Positions 29,927-39,799 of a stretch of DNA of 57,578 nucleotides are shown one piece after another (positions within the stretch are counted from its first letter, which is position 1; the number at the start of each line of letters is the position of its first letter). This DNA comes from a virus. Lineage: Duplodnaviria; Caudoviricetes. Position numbers and translations under genes: made by a program. The stretch lies in the IMG/VR virus record IMGVR_UViG_3300046049_000065, positions 1 through 57,578 of that record; one strand, given 5' to 3'. Below the pieces are notes generated by a model. That model did no database searches. It was not told the origin of the DNA and saw nothing but the letters and a program-made list of their open reading frames with translations.

Positions 29927-30310
29927 ATGCCTCGCACGACGCCCGCGGCGGTCGCGGACATCTTCCACCAAGACGCCGACGTCAACACCAACGCCGATTT
30001 TCAGCCGTTCATCGACGTCGCTACCGCGTTCGTGGACGATATCGAGGCGGCGGATGCGTCGGTGGGCGATGGCCGCCTCGAGACGATCGAGCAGTTGGTC
30101 GCGGCCCACCTCGCCTGTCTCCGGTATCCCCGGCTCAGCACGAAGGAAATCGGGCCGATGGCGGAGACCCGTGCGGGCGAGACAGGGATGGGCTTCGACG
30201 CAACGTCGTACGGCCAACAGGCCGTTGCGCTTGACCCGACGGGGACGCTCGCGACCGCGACCGCCCCGTCGGTCGGCTTCGATGTGGCTGACGGCATCCT
30301 GACGGAGTGA
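29927..30310 (+). CDS. head-tail adaptor
   Basis: AAHLA...TSYGQQA..LD motif. Confidence 0.75.
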   Translation: MPRTTPAAVADIFHQDADVNTNADFQPFIDVATAFVDDIEAADASVGDGRLETIEQLVAAHLACLRYPRLSTKEIGPMAETRAGETGMGFDATSYGQQAVALDPTGTLATATAPSVGFDVADGILTE

Positions 30311-30334
30311 CGGCGACAGACGCCACACCATACC

Positions 30335-30679
30335 ATGGCATTCGACACCACCTACAGAAAAGCGGGCGATATTCGCCCGCCGTTAGAGGCAACGATCACG
30401 CGCCCCGAGGAATCGGGGGACGTCGACCTGACGAACGCGGATAGCGTCACGCTTTTCGCAACAGCTCCGGACGGGACCCTCGAGATCGACAACGCCGCGG
30501 CGACCATCGAGACGGCCGCCGATGGCACGGTCTCGTACGCCGTCGGGTCGAACGAACTCGACGCCGAGGGGGAGTATACCATCGAGTGGAAGGTCTACTG
30601 GAGCGGCGACGATACCGATTCCGAGCGATTCCCGAAGAAGAACTATCAGAACACGCACGTCTCGGCTGAACTGTCCTAA
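30335..30679 (+). CDS. BppU N-terminal-like Ig-fold virion protein
   Basis: GD...VDLTNA...GTVSY...GEY..EW...FP pattern. Confidence 0.65.
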   Translation: MAFDTTYRKAGDIRPPLEATITRPEESGDVDLTNADSVTLFATAPDGTLEIDNAAATIETAADGTVSYAVGSNELDAEGEYTIEWKVYWSGDDTDSERFPKKNYQNTHVSAELS

Positions 30680-30712
30680 ACGGCACCCGCTTCCTGACTT
30701 CACCACGCGCCG

Positions 30713-31087
30713 ATGTCCATCCTCAACGGGTCCATCACCCACGACTGGCGACTGTATGTCCCCGACGGGTCGGGCGGCTACCAGCACGACGGCACGATCG
30801 CCGTCGTGGCGTGGCCGCCCGAGACCCAGGCCGCGGCGGGCGCTCGCCAGACGGTGGGCGGCATCGCCGAGGACGCCGACTTGGTCGCGCTGACCGACGA
30901 CGCGGCCGCCGCCGACGTGAGCCAGGGCCAATCGACGGTGCTGCAACGGCGTGCGGACGGCGACGAGACGGTCGCCCTCGTCGACGGCCGCCAGGCACTC
31001 CCGACCCTCGATGGCGGCATCGAGGCGTGGCAGGTCGGCCTCTCCGCAGAGGAGGGGGCGGACCTATCGCTGTTCCCCGACCCGTAA
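30713..31087 (+). CDS. head-closure-like protein
   Basis: Position in neck module. Confidence 0.55.
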   Translation: MSILNGSITHDWRLYVPDGSGGYQHDGTIAVVAWPPETQAAAGARQTVGGIAEDADLVALTDDAAAADVSQGQSTVLQRRADGDETVALVDGRQALPTLDGGIEAWQVGLSAEEGADLSLFPDP

Positions 31088-31094
31088 GCTACCC

Positions 31095-31497
31095 ATGACC
31101 GATCTTGACATCGACATCGATATTGAGTGGAAACGCGGGCGGTCGCCCGCGGCATTCGCGAGCAAGATGGCCCTGTTTGAGAAGCGCCTTGACAGCGAAC
31201 TCGAGCAGGCGATGCAGCAATCGGTCCTCTGGGTCGAGCGGGACGCAAAGCAATTCGCACCGGTAGGGGAGACGGGCAATCTCCGAGCCTCAATTGCCAG
31301 CACGGTCGAAGGGACCGTCAAGGATGAGATCCGCGGCTACATCGGCTCTAACATCAAATACGCGCCCTTTCCAGGAGTTCGGCACGGCACGTATGGATGC
31401 AAACCCGTACTTGCAGCCAGCGATAGAGAAAAACCGCGACCGGATACTCAAGCGGTTTAGAAAGGCAGTCCAAGATGCCGCCGATGGGCTCTTCTAA
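31095..31497 (+). pseudogene. HK97 gp10-like neck protein split by a 1-nt frameshift
   Basis: APVGETGNLRASI...YAPF in one frame and QEFGTARMDANPYLQPA in the +1 frame; shift at CCCTTTCC 31365-31372. Confidence 0.8.
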
Positions 31498-31534
31498 CCG
31501 TAAGAACTAGGTTACTGTCCCACGTACCAAGAGT

Positions 31535-32317
31535 ATGGCACGTCCCGATGCTGACGGGAACATCACCTGCACGGGTTGCGAGCGGACACTCCCCGGGACC
31601 ATCGAATACTTCCACCGACACCGGGATGGCTTCAAGCCGAAGTGTAAGGAGTGTCGCGGGGGGTCGTTCGGCGTTACGGACATCAACAAGGTCCGTGAAC
31701 GTGAACCGGGGCACAAGTTCTGTGCGAAGTGCCACCGTGAACTCCCTGCGACGGTGAAATACTTCCACCGATCGCCCAAGACGGAAAGCGGGTTCCAATC
31801 TCGTTGCAAGGAGTGTCACGGGTTTGAGTTTGGTGTACACCACCCGAACCAAGCACTCGACCTCTCGGATAACGAGCGGTATTGCAACGGATGTGAAACG
31901 GAGTACCCTGCGACAGAGGAGTACTTCTACCAAATTGAGGGTGGCGAGCGGTGGGAATCCTACTGCAAAGCCTGTTCCACACTTCGAAAGAATCAACTCC
32001 GACGCCGTCTCCGGAACGAAGTGGAAGAAGATCTGACGCCAGATGAGTGGGAATCAATCAAGGAGATATGGCGTAGCGATGACGGCCTCCGCTGTGCGTA
32101 CTGTGGAGACGTAACCGACACGCCCGAGCGCGACCATGTCACGTCCCTTTCTGAAGGTGGCGACACCACGGCAAAGAATATTGTTCCGGCATGTGCGGCA
32201 TGTAATCGGAGCAAAGGGACGGCTTCCCTCTCAGAATGGTACGTCGGTTCAAAGCAGTTCGATGACGCGCGCTGGGCACTGATACGCCAGCACCTCGCTG
32301 GCGAGACTGCCTTCTGA
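31535..32317 (+). CDS. HNH endonuclease with three N-terminal zinc-finger repeats
   Basis: CAYCG...DHV...GG...NIVPACAACNRSK; three CxxC..PxT.(E/K)YF..CKxC units. Confidence 0.9.
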   Translation: MARPDADGNITCTGCERTLPGTIEYFHRHRDGFKPKCKECRGGSFGVTDINKVREREPGHKFCAKCHRELPATVKYFHRSPKTESGFQSRCKECHGFEFGVHHPNQALDLSDNERYCNGCETEYPATEEYFYQIEGGERWESYCKACSTLRKNQLRRRLRNEVEEDLTPDEWESIKEIWRSDDGLRCAYCGDVTDTPERDHVTSLSEGGDTTAKNIVPACAACNRSKGTASLSEWYVGSKQFDDARWALIRQHLAGETAF

Positions 32318-32344
32318 CGGGCTGTTCTGACCCCGAGTCCATCC

Positions 32345-32827
32345 ATGCCATTCAACGAAGCTACCGACCTTGAGCCGGGGCGCCCGGCCCACGCCGTCTC
32401 GCAGGCCATCGACACGCTCCGCAACGACGGGGAGCTGGTCGACTGGCTGGAGGGCGACGCCACGGACGTGATTCTCGACGGCCACGGCTCCGAGGACATC
32501 CCCTCGCGAGCGCTGCTCGTCGAGGACGTCGTCGGCGGGTCGACCCAGTCGGCGGCGGTTGAGCGGGTTCGCATCACGCTGCAGGTGACGCCGCTCGTCT
32601 CGCGGTCGGTCTATCGCGTCACCTCGCCCCGGTATCTCGCGGCGGTGCGGGACCGGGCGATTGCCACGCTCCGGAGGGACGGGCTCGGGTCGGGGTATCG
32701 CTACCTCGGCGCGCTCGACTCGCTGTCGCTGCCGGAGCCGGAGACGGCCAGCGACATCGACGCCGTCATGGAGCACATGGGCCGGGTGCAGTTCGCGGCC
32801 GATGTGGTCCGAAATACCCAGCCGTAG
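32345..32827 (+). CDS. tail terminator-like protein
   Basis: Position before the tail tube gene. Confidence 0.55.
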   Translation: MPFNEATDLEPGRPAHAVSQAIDTLRNDGELVDWLEGDATDVILDGHGSEDIPSRALLVEDVVGGSTQSAAVERVRITLQVTPLVSRSVYRVTSPRYLAAVRDRAIATLRRDGLGSGYRYLGALDSLSLPEPETASDIDAVMEHMGRVQFAADVVRNTQP

Positions 32828-32923
32828 CATCGCTCATCGCCCATCGGGGACGGGCCGGAGTCCCCGCGGCCGGGCCGCCCGCCGCGGCCCGTGCGGCACC
32901 AGAACATAACATAAGATAGACAC

Positions 32924-33418
32924 ATGGCAGTCAGTGATTTCAATGCCGAGGACGCGCTTGCGGGCGCCTTTGCGTTTATCGGCGTCAGCGACGACCTCTC
33001 GGTGACCGACCCGACCGTCGACTGGATCGCCTACCGGAGCGACGACATCACACTCTCCCAGGACTGGGACAACGCCGAGTGGTCGTTCCCCGAACAAGTT
33101 GGAACCGTCCGCCAGCGGTTGCACAACACCCGCGACTTGGAGTTCGCCCTGGCGAGTCACGTCGGCATGTCCGAGCTGTCGGACCTCGGCATCGTCGACA
33201 GTAACAACAAACTCAAAGACACCGTCACCAAGGACGTCCGGATCAAGGTGTTCAAGGATTCCGTCGACGACGCCGACACGGCGACGGCCGACATGATCAT
33301 CGACTGTTACTCGACGGAGCTGACGATAACCGACCTCAGCCTCGGACAGGGTTCGGGGACGTCCTCGATGTCGGCGTACGTCAATGGCAAAATCGAAATC
33401 TACGAAAACACCACCTGA
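32924..33418 (+). CDS. major tail tube protein (putative)
   Basis: Position, size and beta-rich composition; no sheath gene present. Confidence 0.65.
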   Translation: MAVSDFNAEDALAGAFAFIGVSDDLSVTDPTVDWIAYRSDDITLSQDWDNAEWSFPEQVGTVRQRLHNTRDLEFALASHVGMSELSDLGIVDSNNKLKDTVTKDVRIKVFKDSVDDADTATADMIIDCYSTELTITDLSLGQGSGTSSMSAYVNGKIEIYENTT

Positions 33419-33431
33419 GGCGATGTGATAC

Positions 33432-33941
33432 ATGTCTGACACCGACCCACCCCGCGATGTGGACGACTCCGAGCCGACCACCGCCGGCGACGAGGGGTTT
33501 CAGACCCTCGTCGATACAGCGCGCGAAGAGGAGGCCGAACACGAGCGCGAACTCACGGAGGCCGAGAAGACCAAGCGCCGCATCATGCGCGAGCGGGGCA
33601 AGGTCGATAAGACTGCCCCGCCAATCCACCTTACCGTAGAGGGTGAGGAACAGGACCACGAGATCGCGTTCTCGCCGATGCCGCAGAAGGTCCGAGTCTG
33701 GGTCGAGAACACGAGCTTCGAGTTTCTCGGGCTTGAGGAGGAGGCGCTGGAAGAGGATACCGCCCGCGGCCAGGAGATACGGCAGGTCAAGGATCGCACG
33801 GCCTCGCTGCTGGCCGAGCACTCGCGGGCGGCGACTTTCGACGCCGCGTTCTGGCACGACTATGTCGGCGTCGAAGAGCGAATGGAACTCATCGGGGCCG
33901 TGCTGAATCGACAGGACGCCCGCGAGGGAAACCGACGGTAG
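33432..33941 (+). CDS. tail assembly chaperone (gpG-like)
   Basis: Follows the tube gene; ends with the slippery sequence G GGA AAC. Confidence 0.75.
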   Translation: MSDTDPPRDVDDSEPTTAGDEGFQTLVDTAREEEAEHERELTEAEKTKRRIMRERGKVDKTAPPIHLTVEGEEQDHEIAFSPMPQKVRVWVENTSFEFLGLEEEALEEDTARGQEIRQVKDRTASLLAEHSRAATFDAAFWHDYVGVEERMELIGAVLNRQDAREGNRR

Positions 33942-34111
33942 CGGAGGCCATTGAGTTCGGCCAGTCTGATTCGGGTGTCGGGTGGTTCCTGCTGCTCAAG
34001 GAATTCGGAAAGACGCCCACTGAATGGGGCAACATGCCCGATTACCAGCGAAAGTATCTCGAGGCGGCGTTCGACGAATTCTACAGCGGCGGCAAGACCG
34101 AGAGTGACTGA
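33926..34111 (+). CDS. -1 frameshift extension (gpGT-like)
   Basis: GGGAAAC at 33926-33932; -1 frame open to TGA 34111: KPTVAEAIEF...FGKTPTEWGNMPDYQRKYLEAAF. Confidence 0.75.
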   Translation, partial: GKPTVAEAIEFGQSDSGVGWFLLLKEFGKTPTEWGNMPDYQRKYLEAAFDEFYSGGKTESD

Positions 34112-34283
34112 GGAGGGCCTTCACATTGACGTTTACCGCGACGGTGAACAGTACTGAACAGAGTACGTCGGGCCGCCCATGCCCGCGGGACTGGCGCTTG
34201 ACCGCGCCGAAGACCATTTGAGCAACAATCTCGAAGGATTCACTACTCGGTTTGAACAATGGCACGGGATCAGGACCCGATGA
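34104..34283 (+). pseudogene. 5'-truncated gene remnant with in-frame TGA
   Basis: VTEEGLHIDVYRDGEQY*TEYVGPPMPAG...FEQWHGI; frame continues past the stop and overlaps the next ATG. Confidence 0.55.
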
Positions 34284-34426
34284 CGGACGAAGAACTGGCC
34301 GAGGCGAAAGAGAGCCTCGAAGAGCTCCGCGAGCAGGTCCGTGAGGACCTCGCCGAAGACCTCGGTGGCGACCCCGAGGACTACGACGCCACGCGCCAGC
34401 CCGTGCCCGGCGGCGGGAGCAAGTAA
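34280..34426 (+). CDS. small acidic protein
   Basis: MTDEELAEAKESLEELREQVREDLAEDLGGDPEDY. Confidence 0.65.
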   Translation: MTDEELAEAKESLEELREQVREDLAEDLGGDPEDYDATRQPVPGGGSK

Positions 34427-34474
34427 CCGCAGAGATTTTCAGAGAGATCACTGGTCCGCATACTGAACCGCTCC

Positions 34475-35035
34475 ATGACTGACGACGATCGGGCCGCCCG
34501 GCCCACGCCCGGCCCGAACCAACCGGTCCCGTCGTGGCCGGAGTACGACCAGCTGAAGACAGCGCTGCACGAGTACCTCGACCACGAGCCCGACGACCCA
34601 GCGTGGGACGACATCTGGCGGGCCCTGGCGGCAATCCTCAGCGAGTACCAGCGGGACGCGTTCATCCAGGCGTTCGACCTCGCCGAGCCGGCTGAGACAC
34701 CCTGCATCCGGCGGCTGATCACTGGCGCTGACGAGTGTCCCCACAGCCCGCTCGAGGCCGACCGCGATTCCGGCGACCCGCCGCACAGCCCGCCGGCCGA
34801 CGACCACGCGACCCTGTGGCTCGACGCCGACGGCGAGCCGGCGTTGTACGGGATGCACGTCTACCCGGGCAACATCGAGCGGCTGGATGCCCCGGGACCA
34901 CCGTACAACCAGTGGTTCGACCTCTTTGAGTTCGCCGCCACGTGGGGCCTGGAAGTGTCGGTGCTGCCGAAGTCATGGTACAACCTTGGGTCGACTGTCC
35001 ACATCGTCTTCTACCCGCCGGAGCGATACCGATGA
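34475..35035 (+). CDS. hypothetical protein
   Basis: Acidic, 186 aa. Confidence 0.75.
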   Translation: MTDDDRAARPTPGPNQPVPSWPEYDQLKTALHEYLDHEPDDPAWDDIWRALAAILSEYQRDAFIQAFDLAEPAETPCIRRLITGADECPHSPLEADRDSGDPPHSPPADDHATLWLDADGEPALYGMHVYPGNIERLDAPGPPYNQWFDLFEFAATWGLEVSVLPKSWYNLGSTVHIVFYPPERYR

Positions 35036-35430
35036 CCGACGACAGTGATCTGCCGGACGCGGATGATATTATTGAGATTCACGAGGAACTCGAAGAGCGG
35101 GAGGACCTCACATACACCGGATCGCGTGTCGCCTCGCCGTGGCTTCGCCTCCGAGAGGACGTCATCGAGGAAGTTAAGAAGCGCGATGGAACCTATCCAA
35201 GAGCCGCTGCTCTGTTGCGGAAGACCATCACGAGGCACGTGTTTGAGGACGGCAACAAACGGACAGCGTGGACTGCCACAGTACTGTACCTTGAGGAGCA
35301 GGACACCGAACCCGCGGTCCGGGGGATGGACGCCGAGCGTGTGCTCCGACGGATTCGGCGCTACGACATCGAGGAAATCGCTGAGTGGCTCAAATCCGGC
35401 GAGATCGACGAAGAGCGTCTGAATCCGTGA
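35032..35430 (+). CDS. doc: Fic/Doc family toxin
   Basis: HVFEDGNKRTA Fido motif. Confidence 0.88.
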   Translation: MTDDSDLPDADDIIEIHEELEEREDLTYTGSRVASPWLRLREDVIEEVKKRDGTYPRAAALLRKTITRHVFEDGNKRTAWTATVLYLEEQDTEPAVRGMDAERVLRRIRRYDIEEIAEWLKSGEIDEERLNP

Positions 35431-35489
35431 CAAACGCCGCTCGCGCGGTCGGGCAAGTGTTATATCGCTGGATGATATACTGTCCACTG

Positions 35490-35591
35490 ATGAGCCTCAA
35501 GGAACGGACGGACGACGGTGAATCCCTCGGAGAGCGCGTCCAGCGTGTCATCGACGAGGATCGCGACCTGTTCGACGCCCTCGACGAGTAG
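35490..35591 (+). CDS. 33-aa acidic peptide, candidate antitoxin
   Basis: TTATAT ~30 nt upstream; RVIDEDRDLFDALDE. Confidence 0.55.
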   Translation: MSLKERTDDGESLGERVQRVIDEDRDLFDALDE

Positions 35592-35748
35592 CGTCTCCTC
35601 TATCAGCCTGGTTTCAGATCAACAGAGTCCTTCTATGTCACGAGACTTGTCACCCAGAGAGGCAACTTCGCTCGAGGAGACGACAGTCGTCGACGACCAA
35701 CCCGGCTGAACGCGGAGGTGGCGCAACTGCCTGCGGCTCGTTGGTCCT

Positions 35749-35991
35749 CTATTGACGCTCCTCAACTGCCGGGGAAGCCTGTCCGCCGCGTTTGACGGCT
35801 CGATACCCAAAGTACATCATCGGTAGGCCGACGATCGCACCGATAACGGTCATCGTCAATAGGCCACCGATGAACAATAGCACGACGCCGACGATGCCGC
35901 TTATCTGGGCGCCCTCATGGCCACAATACGGGCACGTCGTGGCCGCCTCGTCGATTGACTCGCGACACTGTTCACAGACATAGTCGGTCAT
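35749..35991 (-). CDS. zinc-ribbon membrane protein
   Basis: CEQC...CPYCG plus a hydrophobic hairpin. Confidence 0.75.
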   Translation of the reverse strand: MTDYVCEQCRESIDEAATTCPYCGHEGAQISGIVGVVLLFIGGLLTMTVIGAIVGLPMMYFGYRAVKRGGQASPAVEERQ

Positions 35992-36066
35992 AGCTGACCA
36001 CGTCGCCCTGCTGTCGTATAATTCCACGACCAACGAGCACGACGTAACAACAGAGGTGAATTACCA

Positions 36067-39000
36067 ATTTTCGAAGCACTCGCGGGAGAGATCAGTCTTT
36101 CGGCTGACACTTCTGGCGCCGACGAGGCAGCGAATGCTATCTCTCGCGTCGAAGACTCGGCCTCACGTGCCAGCAAGGCAGCCGTTGCTGTCGGGGGTGC
36201 GATGGCGGCCTCGGCGGCCGGCGGGATCGCCGCGGCGACAAAATCCGCCGCCGATTTCGAGGCGACCATGGCTGATGTCGAGAAAGTTACCAATGCTGGA
36301 ACAGCGGCCGAACTTGAAGGGCAGTTCATGGGCCTTGCGGAGACGATCCCGATCAGCCGGGAGGAACTCGTCAAACTTGGCGAGCAGGCGGGGAAGTTCG
36401 GTGCCGAGGGCACGGCCGAAATCGAGACCTTTGTTCGCAGCATCGGGAAGATACAGACCGCCACCGACCTGGCGGCTCGAGAGGCCGGCAAGCGATTCGC
36501 GAAGATCGCGGGCGCGGTCGGGGTGCCGCTTGGCGAAATCGACAAGTTAGGCAACGCGACAAACGCCCTCGCGGACTCAATGAAGACGAACGCGGCGGAG
36601 ATAACGGACACTGCGACGCGGGCGTCGAACGTCCTCTCCCAGCAGTTCGGCCTGAGCGAGGACGCTGTTCTTTCATTATCAGCCAGCCTGAATGAAGTCT
36701 CGCCCAGCTCGAGACGGGCTGCGGGATCGCTCCGCAGGGCGGCCGAGGCGCTGATGGACCCGAAAAAGGTTGAGGACATCGCCAGCGCCATCGGCATCCA
36801 GACGAGTAAGTTCCGCCAGCTTCGCGAGGAGAACCCCCAGCAGTTGTTGCGGATGGTCGCCGAGGCGATGGCGTCAGGCGGCCAACAGGCGCGCGAGTTA
36901 AGCGCGGTCCTGGGGAAGCGGGCCTCTCGTGCCTTCTCGAAACTCGGCAGCCAAACCGAGCGGACCGACGAGGCGATGCAGTTGGTCAACAAACAATTCG
37001 AGGACGGCACGTCGCTTGCCCGCGAAATGTCGATCCGGACCGACACTGCCGCCGGGCAGTGGCAGCTCTTTAAGAACGAGGTCATGAACGTCGCGACGAC
37101 CATTGGCCAGCAGTTCCTGCCCTACGCGAAGGACGCACTCGATGTGCTCCGTGACGTGACGGGGGCGTTCGCCGATTTGAACGAGCGGACCAATGGGTTC
37201 GCCGGGGCGGCAGCCCTCGTGACTGGGCTCGTCGGTGGTATCGTGACGGCGCTCGGGGGCCTCTACGGTGTTGTCACCTCGAGTGCGGTCGCGATGGGCG
37301 GTCTCTCGGGAGCGCTCGGTGCAGTGACGGCCGCGCTCAGTGCTCTCACCGGCCCGATCGGGCTGGTCGTCAGCGCTTTGGCTGGCCTCGCCCTCGCTGC
37401 GACGGGCCATCTCGATACTGTTATCAATGCGTTCAATTCGTTCCGCGATACCGTCGACAAGGCGATCGGCGGCGCGGCGACGTGGCTGCGGACCACGGGC
37501 GTCAAGCTCGTCGGCAAGGCGTTCCGCCTGATCGGCGAGGCGATTCGCGGCGCGCTCGAGGACGTGCTGAAGGCGCTCCGCGGTGACGATGATAGCATTA
37601 TCGGCTCGGCGATCAGCGAGGTGGTGTCGTACCTCCGCACCGACGCTGCGGGCGACCTGGCGGAAGCCGCGAGGATCGCCTTTGAGTTGCTGCTCGCGGG
37701 GGTGGAGGGTGTCCTCCAGGGGCTGACCGGGTCGGACAGTGATGCCTCAATCCAGGCAATGCTCGAGGCGGTCGCCCAGTGGCTCCGCACCGACGGGGTG
37801 GCACTCCTCAGCGACGCGGCGGGTGCGGCCTTCGACGCAGTCATCGACGCTGGGAAGGACCTCGTCACGCGGCTGATCTCGGCTGGCGATAGCGTCTTTC
37901 GGTCACTCATCAGCGCAATAACGACGTATCTCGAGGACCAGGCCGCCGAAGATATCAAGGCTGCATTCCGGGCCCTCGGAAGCGGCATTCGGGAGACGCT
38001 GTTAGAGTTCTTCCAGCTGCAAACAAAGCTCGGGACAGTCATCACGGACTTCATCGGCGCCGTCAAGGACTACATCGCAGGCGGACAAGCAGCCGAGGAC
38101 ATCAAGGCCGCATTTCGTGCCCTCGGGAGCGGCATTCGGGCGGTGCTGTTGGGGTACTTTCAGCTCAATAAGAAGCTCGGCCAGGTCATCGTGGACTTCT
38201 TCGGCGCCGTCAAAGAGTACATCGCAAGCGGGCAGGCCGCCGAAGATATTAAGGGCGCATTCCGCGCCCTCGGAAGCGGCATCCGGACAGTCTTGTTAGG
38301 GTACTTTCAACTGCAAAAGAAACTCGGCCAGGTCATCAAAGACTTCATCGGCGCCGTCTACGACTACATCGCGAGCGGGCAGGCGCTCGAGGACATGAAG
38401 AAGGCGTTTGGCCTGCTTTCGGAGGGCGTAAAGACTGTCCTGGAGAAGTGGTTTCAGCTGAATAAGAAGCTCGGACAGGTCATCAAGGACTTCTTCGGGG
38501 CTGTCAAAGAGTACGTGGAGGGTGGTGAAGGGTTCAAGGACCTGAAGACGGCCTTCGGGGCGCTGGCCGGCATGATCAAAGCGGCGTTTGTGGGGCTGTT
38601 TGAGGGGCTGTTCTACGGGTCGATCATCAAGGACTTCTTCAGCGACGTCGCGGGGTACGTCGGGCGCGGCGGCGAAGGCTTCTCGAAAATCAAAGGGGCC
38701 TTCCAGACGCTTGCCGGCGCGATAGAGAGCGCACTGAACAGCATCAGCATCGACTGGCCCGAGCCACCGGAGCGTGTCAAGCGGTGGATGAACGGCAACT
38801 TCGACACGCCGTCCTCGCCTGACCGTGACGACAGCGCTCGCGGCAGCGCTCGCGCCGGGCCTGGCGGCGGTGGGGGCGGTGGTGGCGGCGGGCAAATCGC
38901 GGCGTTCCAGCACGGCGGGTACACCCGCGCCGAGGGCTGGGGCTACCTCCACCCCAACGAAGTTGTTTTCGGGGTCGAGGCGGGCGCCGAGGCCATCGTC

Positions 39001-39147
39001 GACGCGATGGAGGGCGCCGGAGCGCCACAGCTCGTTGTCGAGGAGGGCGCCATCCAGGTTGACGGCGCGGGCGACCCCGAAGAGGTCGCCAGGGAAGTCC
39101 TCCGCCAGCTCGACCGCAAGCGCCGCCGCCTCTATCCCGATGGGTGA
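36067..39147 (+). CDS. tail tape measure protein (TP901-like); apparent ATT start, first ATG at 36202
   Basis: ADFEATMADVEK core; Ala/Gly-rich helical repeats; ~1000 aa. Confidence 0.9.
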   Translation: MFEALAGEISLSADTSGADEAANAISRVEDSASRASKAAVAVGGAMAASAAGGIAAATKSAADFEATMADVEKVTNAGTAAELEGQFMGLAETIPISREELVKLGEQAGKFGAEGTAEIETFVRSIGKIQTATDLAAREAGKRFAKIAGAVGVPLGEIDKLGNATNALADSMKTNAAEITDTATRASNVLSQQFGLSEDAVLSLSASLNEVSPSSRRAAGSLRRAAEALMDPKKVEDIASAIGIQTSKFRQLREENPQQLLRMVAEAMASGGQQARELSAVLGKRASRAFSKLGSQTERTDEAMQLVNKQFEDGTSLAREMSIRTDTAAGQWQLFKNEVMNVATTIGQQFLPYAKDALDVLRDVTGAFADLNERTNGFAGAAALVTGLVGGIVTALGGLYGVVTSSAVAMGGLSGALGAVTAALSALTGPIGLVVSALAGLALAATGHLDTVINAFNSFRDTVDKAIGGAATWLRTTGVKLVGKAFRLIGEAIRGALEDVLKALRGDDDSIIGSAISEVVSYLRTDAAGDLAEAARIAFELLLAGVEGVLQGLTGSDSDASIQAMLEAVAQWLRTDGVALLSDAAGAAFDAVIDAGKDLVTRLISAGDSVFRSLISAITTYLEDQAAEDIKAAFRALGSGIRETLLEFFQLQTKLGTVITDFIGAVKDYIAGGQAAEDIKAAFRALGSGIRAVLLGYFQLNKKLGQVIVDFFGAVKEYIASGQAAEDIKGAFRALGSGIRTVLLGYFQLQKKLGQVIKDFIGAVYDYIASGQALEDMKKAFGLLSEGVKTVLEKWFQLNKKLGQVIKDFFGAVKEYVEGGEGFKDLKTAFGALAGMIKAAFVGLFEGLFYGSIIKDFFSDVAGYVGRGGEGFSKIKGAFQTLAGAIESALNSISIDWPEPPERVKRWMNGNFDTPSSPDRDDSARGSARAGPGGGGGGGGGGQIAAFQHGGYTRAEGWGYLHPNEVVFGVEAGAEAIVDAMEGAGAPQLVVEEGAIQVDGAGDPEEVAREVLRQLDRKRRRLYPDG
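37939..38720 (+). repeat. 147-bp (49-aa) tandem repeats in tape measure, ~5 copies
   Basis: QAAEDIKxAFRALGSGIR...KLGxVIxDFxGAV units start at 37939, 38086, 38233 and 38380, then degenerate. Confidence 0.85.
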
Positions 39148-39196
39148 ACGGGTGGGCCGTCTCGCTGCCGCTGTAATCACTACCAGGTAACTACGA

Positions 39197-39790
39197 ATGA
39201 GTAACGCACGCCACGGCCACGGCCGGTACGGCCACACGAGTTACGGCACATCACGCCGGCAGTACCGCGGGTTCGACGCCCCGTGGTTCATAAAGACCCG
39301 CACCCGCGGCATCCGCGTCGACGGGCTGGCCAGCGGCCAGCCGCTATCGCCGGTTGTCCCCGGGCAGACCATCACCTACGAGTGCAGGTTTCTCCCACAG
39401 CCGGCGCGCGGCGACAGCGCTGACGACCATCTCGAGCGCTATCGGGCCGCGCGCGAGTTGCTGGGTCGGGCGCCCGACGTCGTCGTCTACGACCCGCCGG
39501 GGACGACGGCGGCCTATCGCGAGCAGCATGGCGCGGCCGACGGGACGCAACTCGTCGCGATCGGCCCGCTCGCGCCGGCGTCGGACGGGTCGGCCCCGGC
39601 TGGCCAACTCCCGCCGGTGCGCGACTCCGTCCATGACCCACGGTGGGCGGTCGTCGTGGGTGGCGGGTCGATCGCGCCGCGCCCTAGGAAGCAGGCGACG
39701 GTCACCCTCGAGGCGACGACGATCGCCGCGACGAGTACGTACGGCTCACGGCAGGCCGTCCGCGACGAGCGCGAATACAACGGCTTCTAA
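39197..39790 (+). CDS. distal tail-like protein
   Basis: Directly after the tape measure gene. Confidence 0.55.
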   Translation: MSNARHGHGRYGHTSYGTSRRQYRGFDAPWFIKTRTRGIRVDGLASGQPLSPVVPGQTITYECRFLPQPARGDSADDHLERYRAARELLGRAPDVVVYDPPGTTAAYREQHGAADGTQLVAIGPLAPASDGSAPAGQLPPVRDSVHDPRWAVVVGGGSIAPRPRKQATVTLEATTIAATSTYGSRQAVRDEREYNGF

Positions 39791-39799
39791 CGATCAGTC

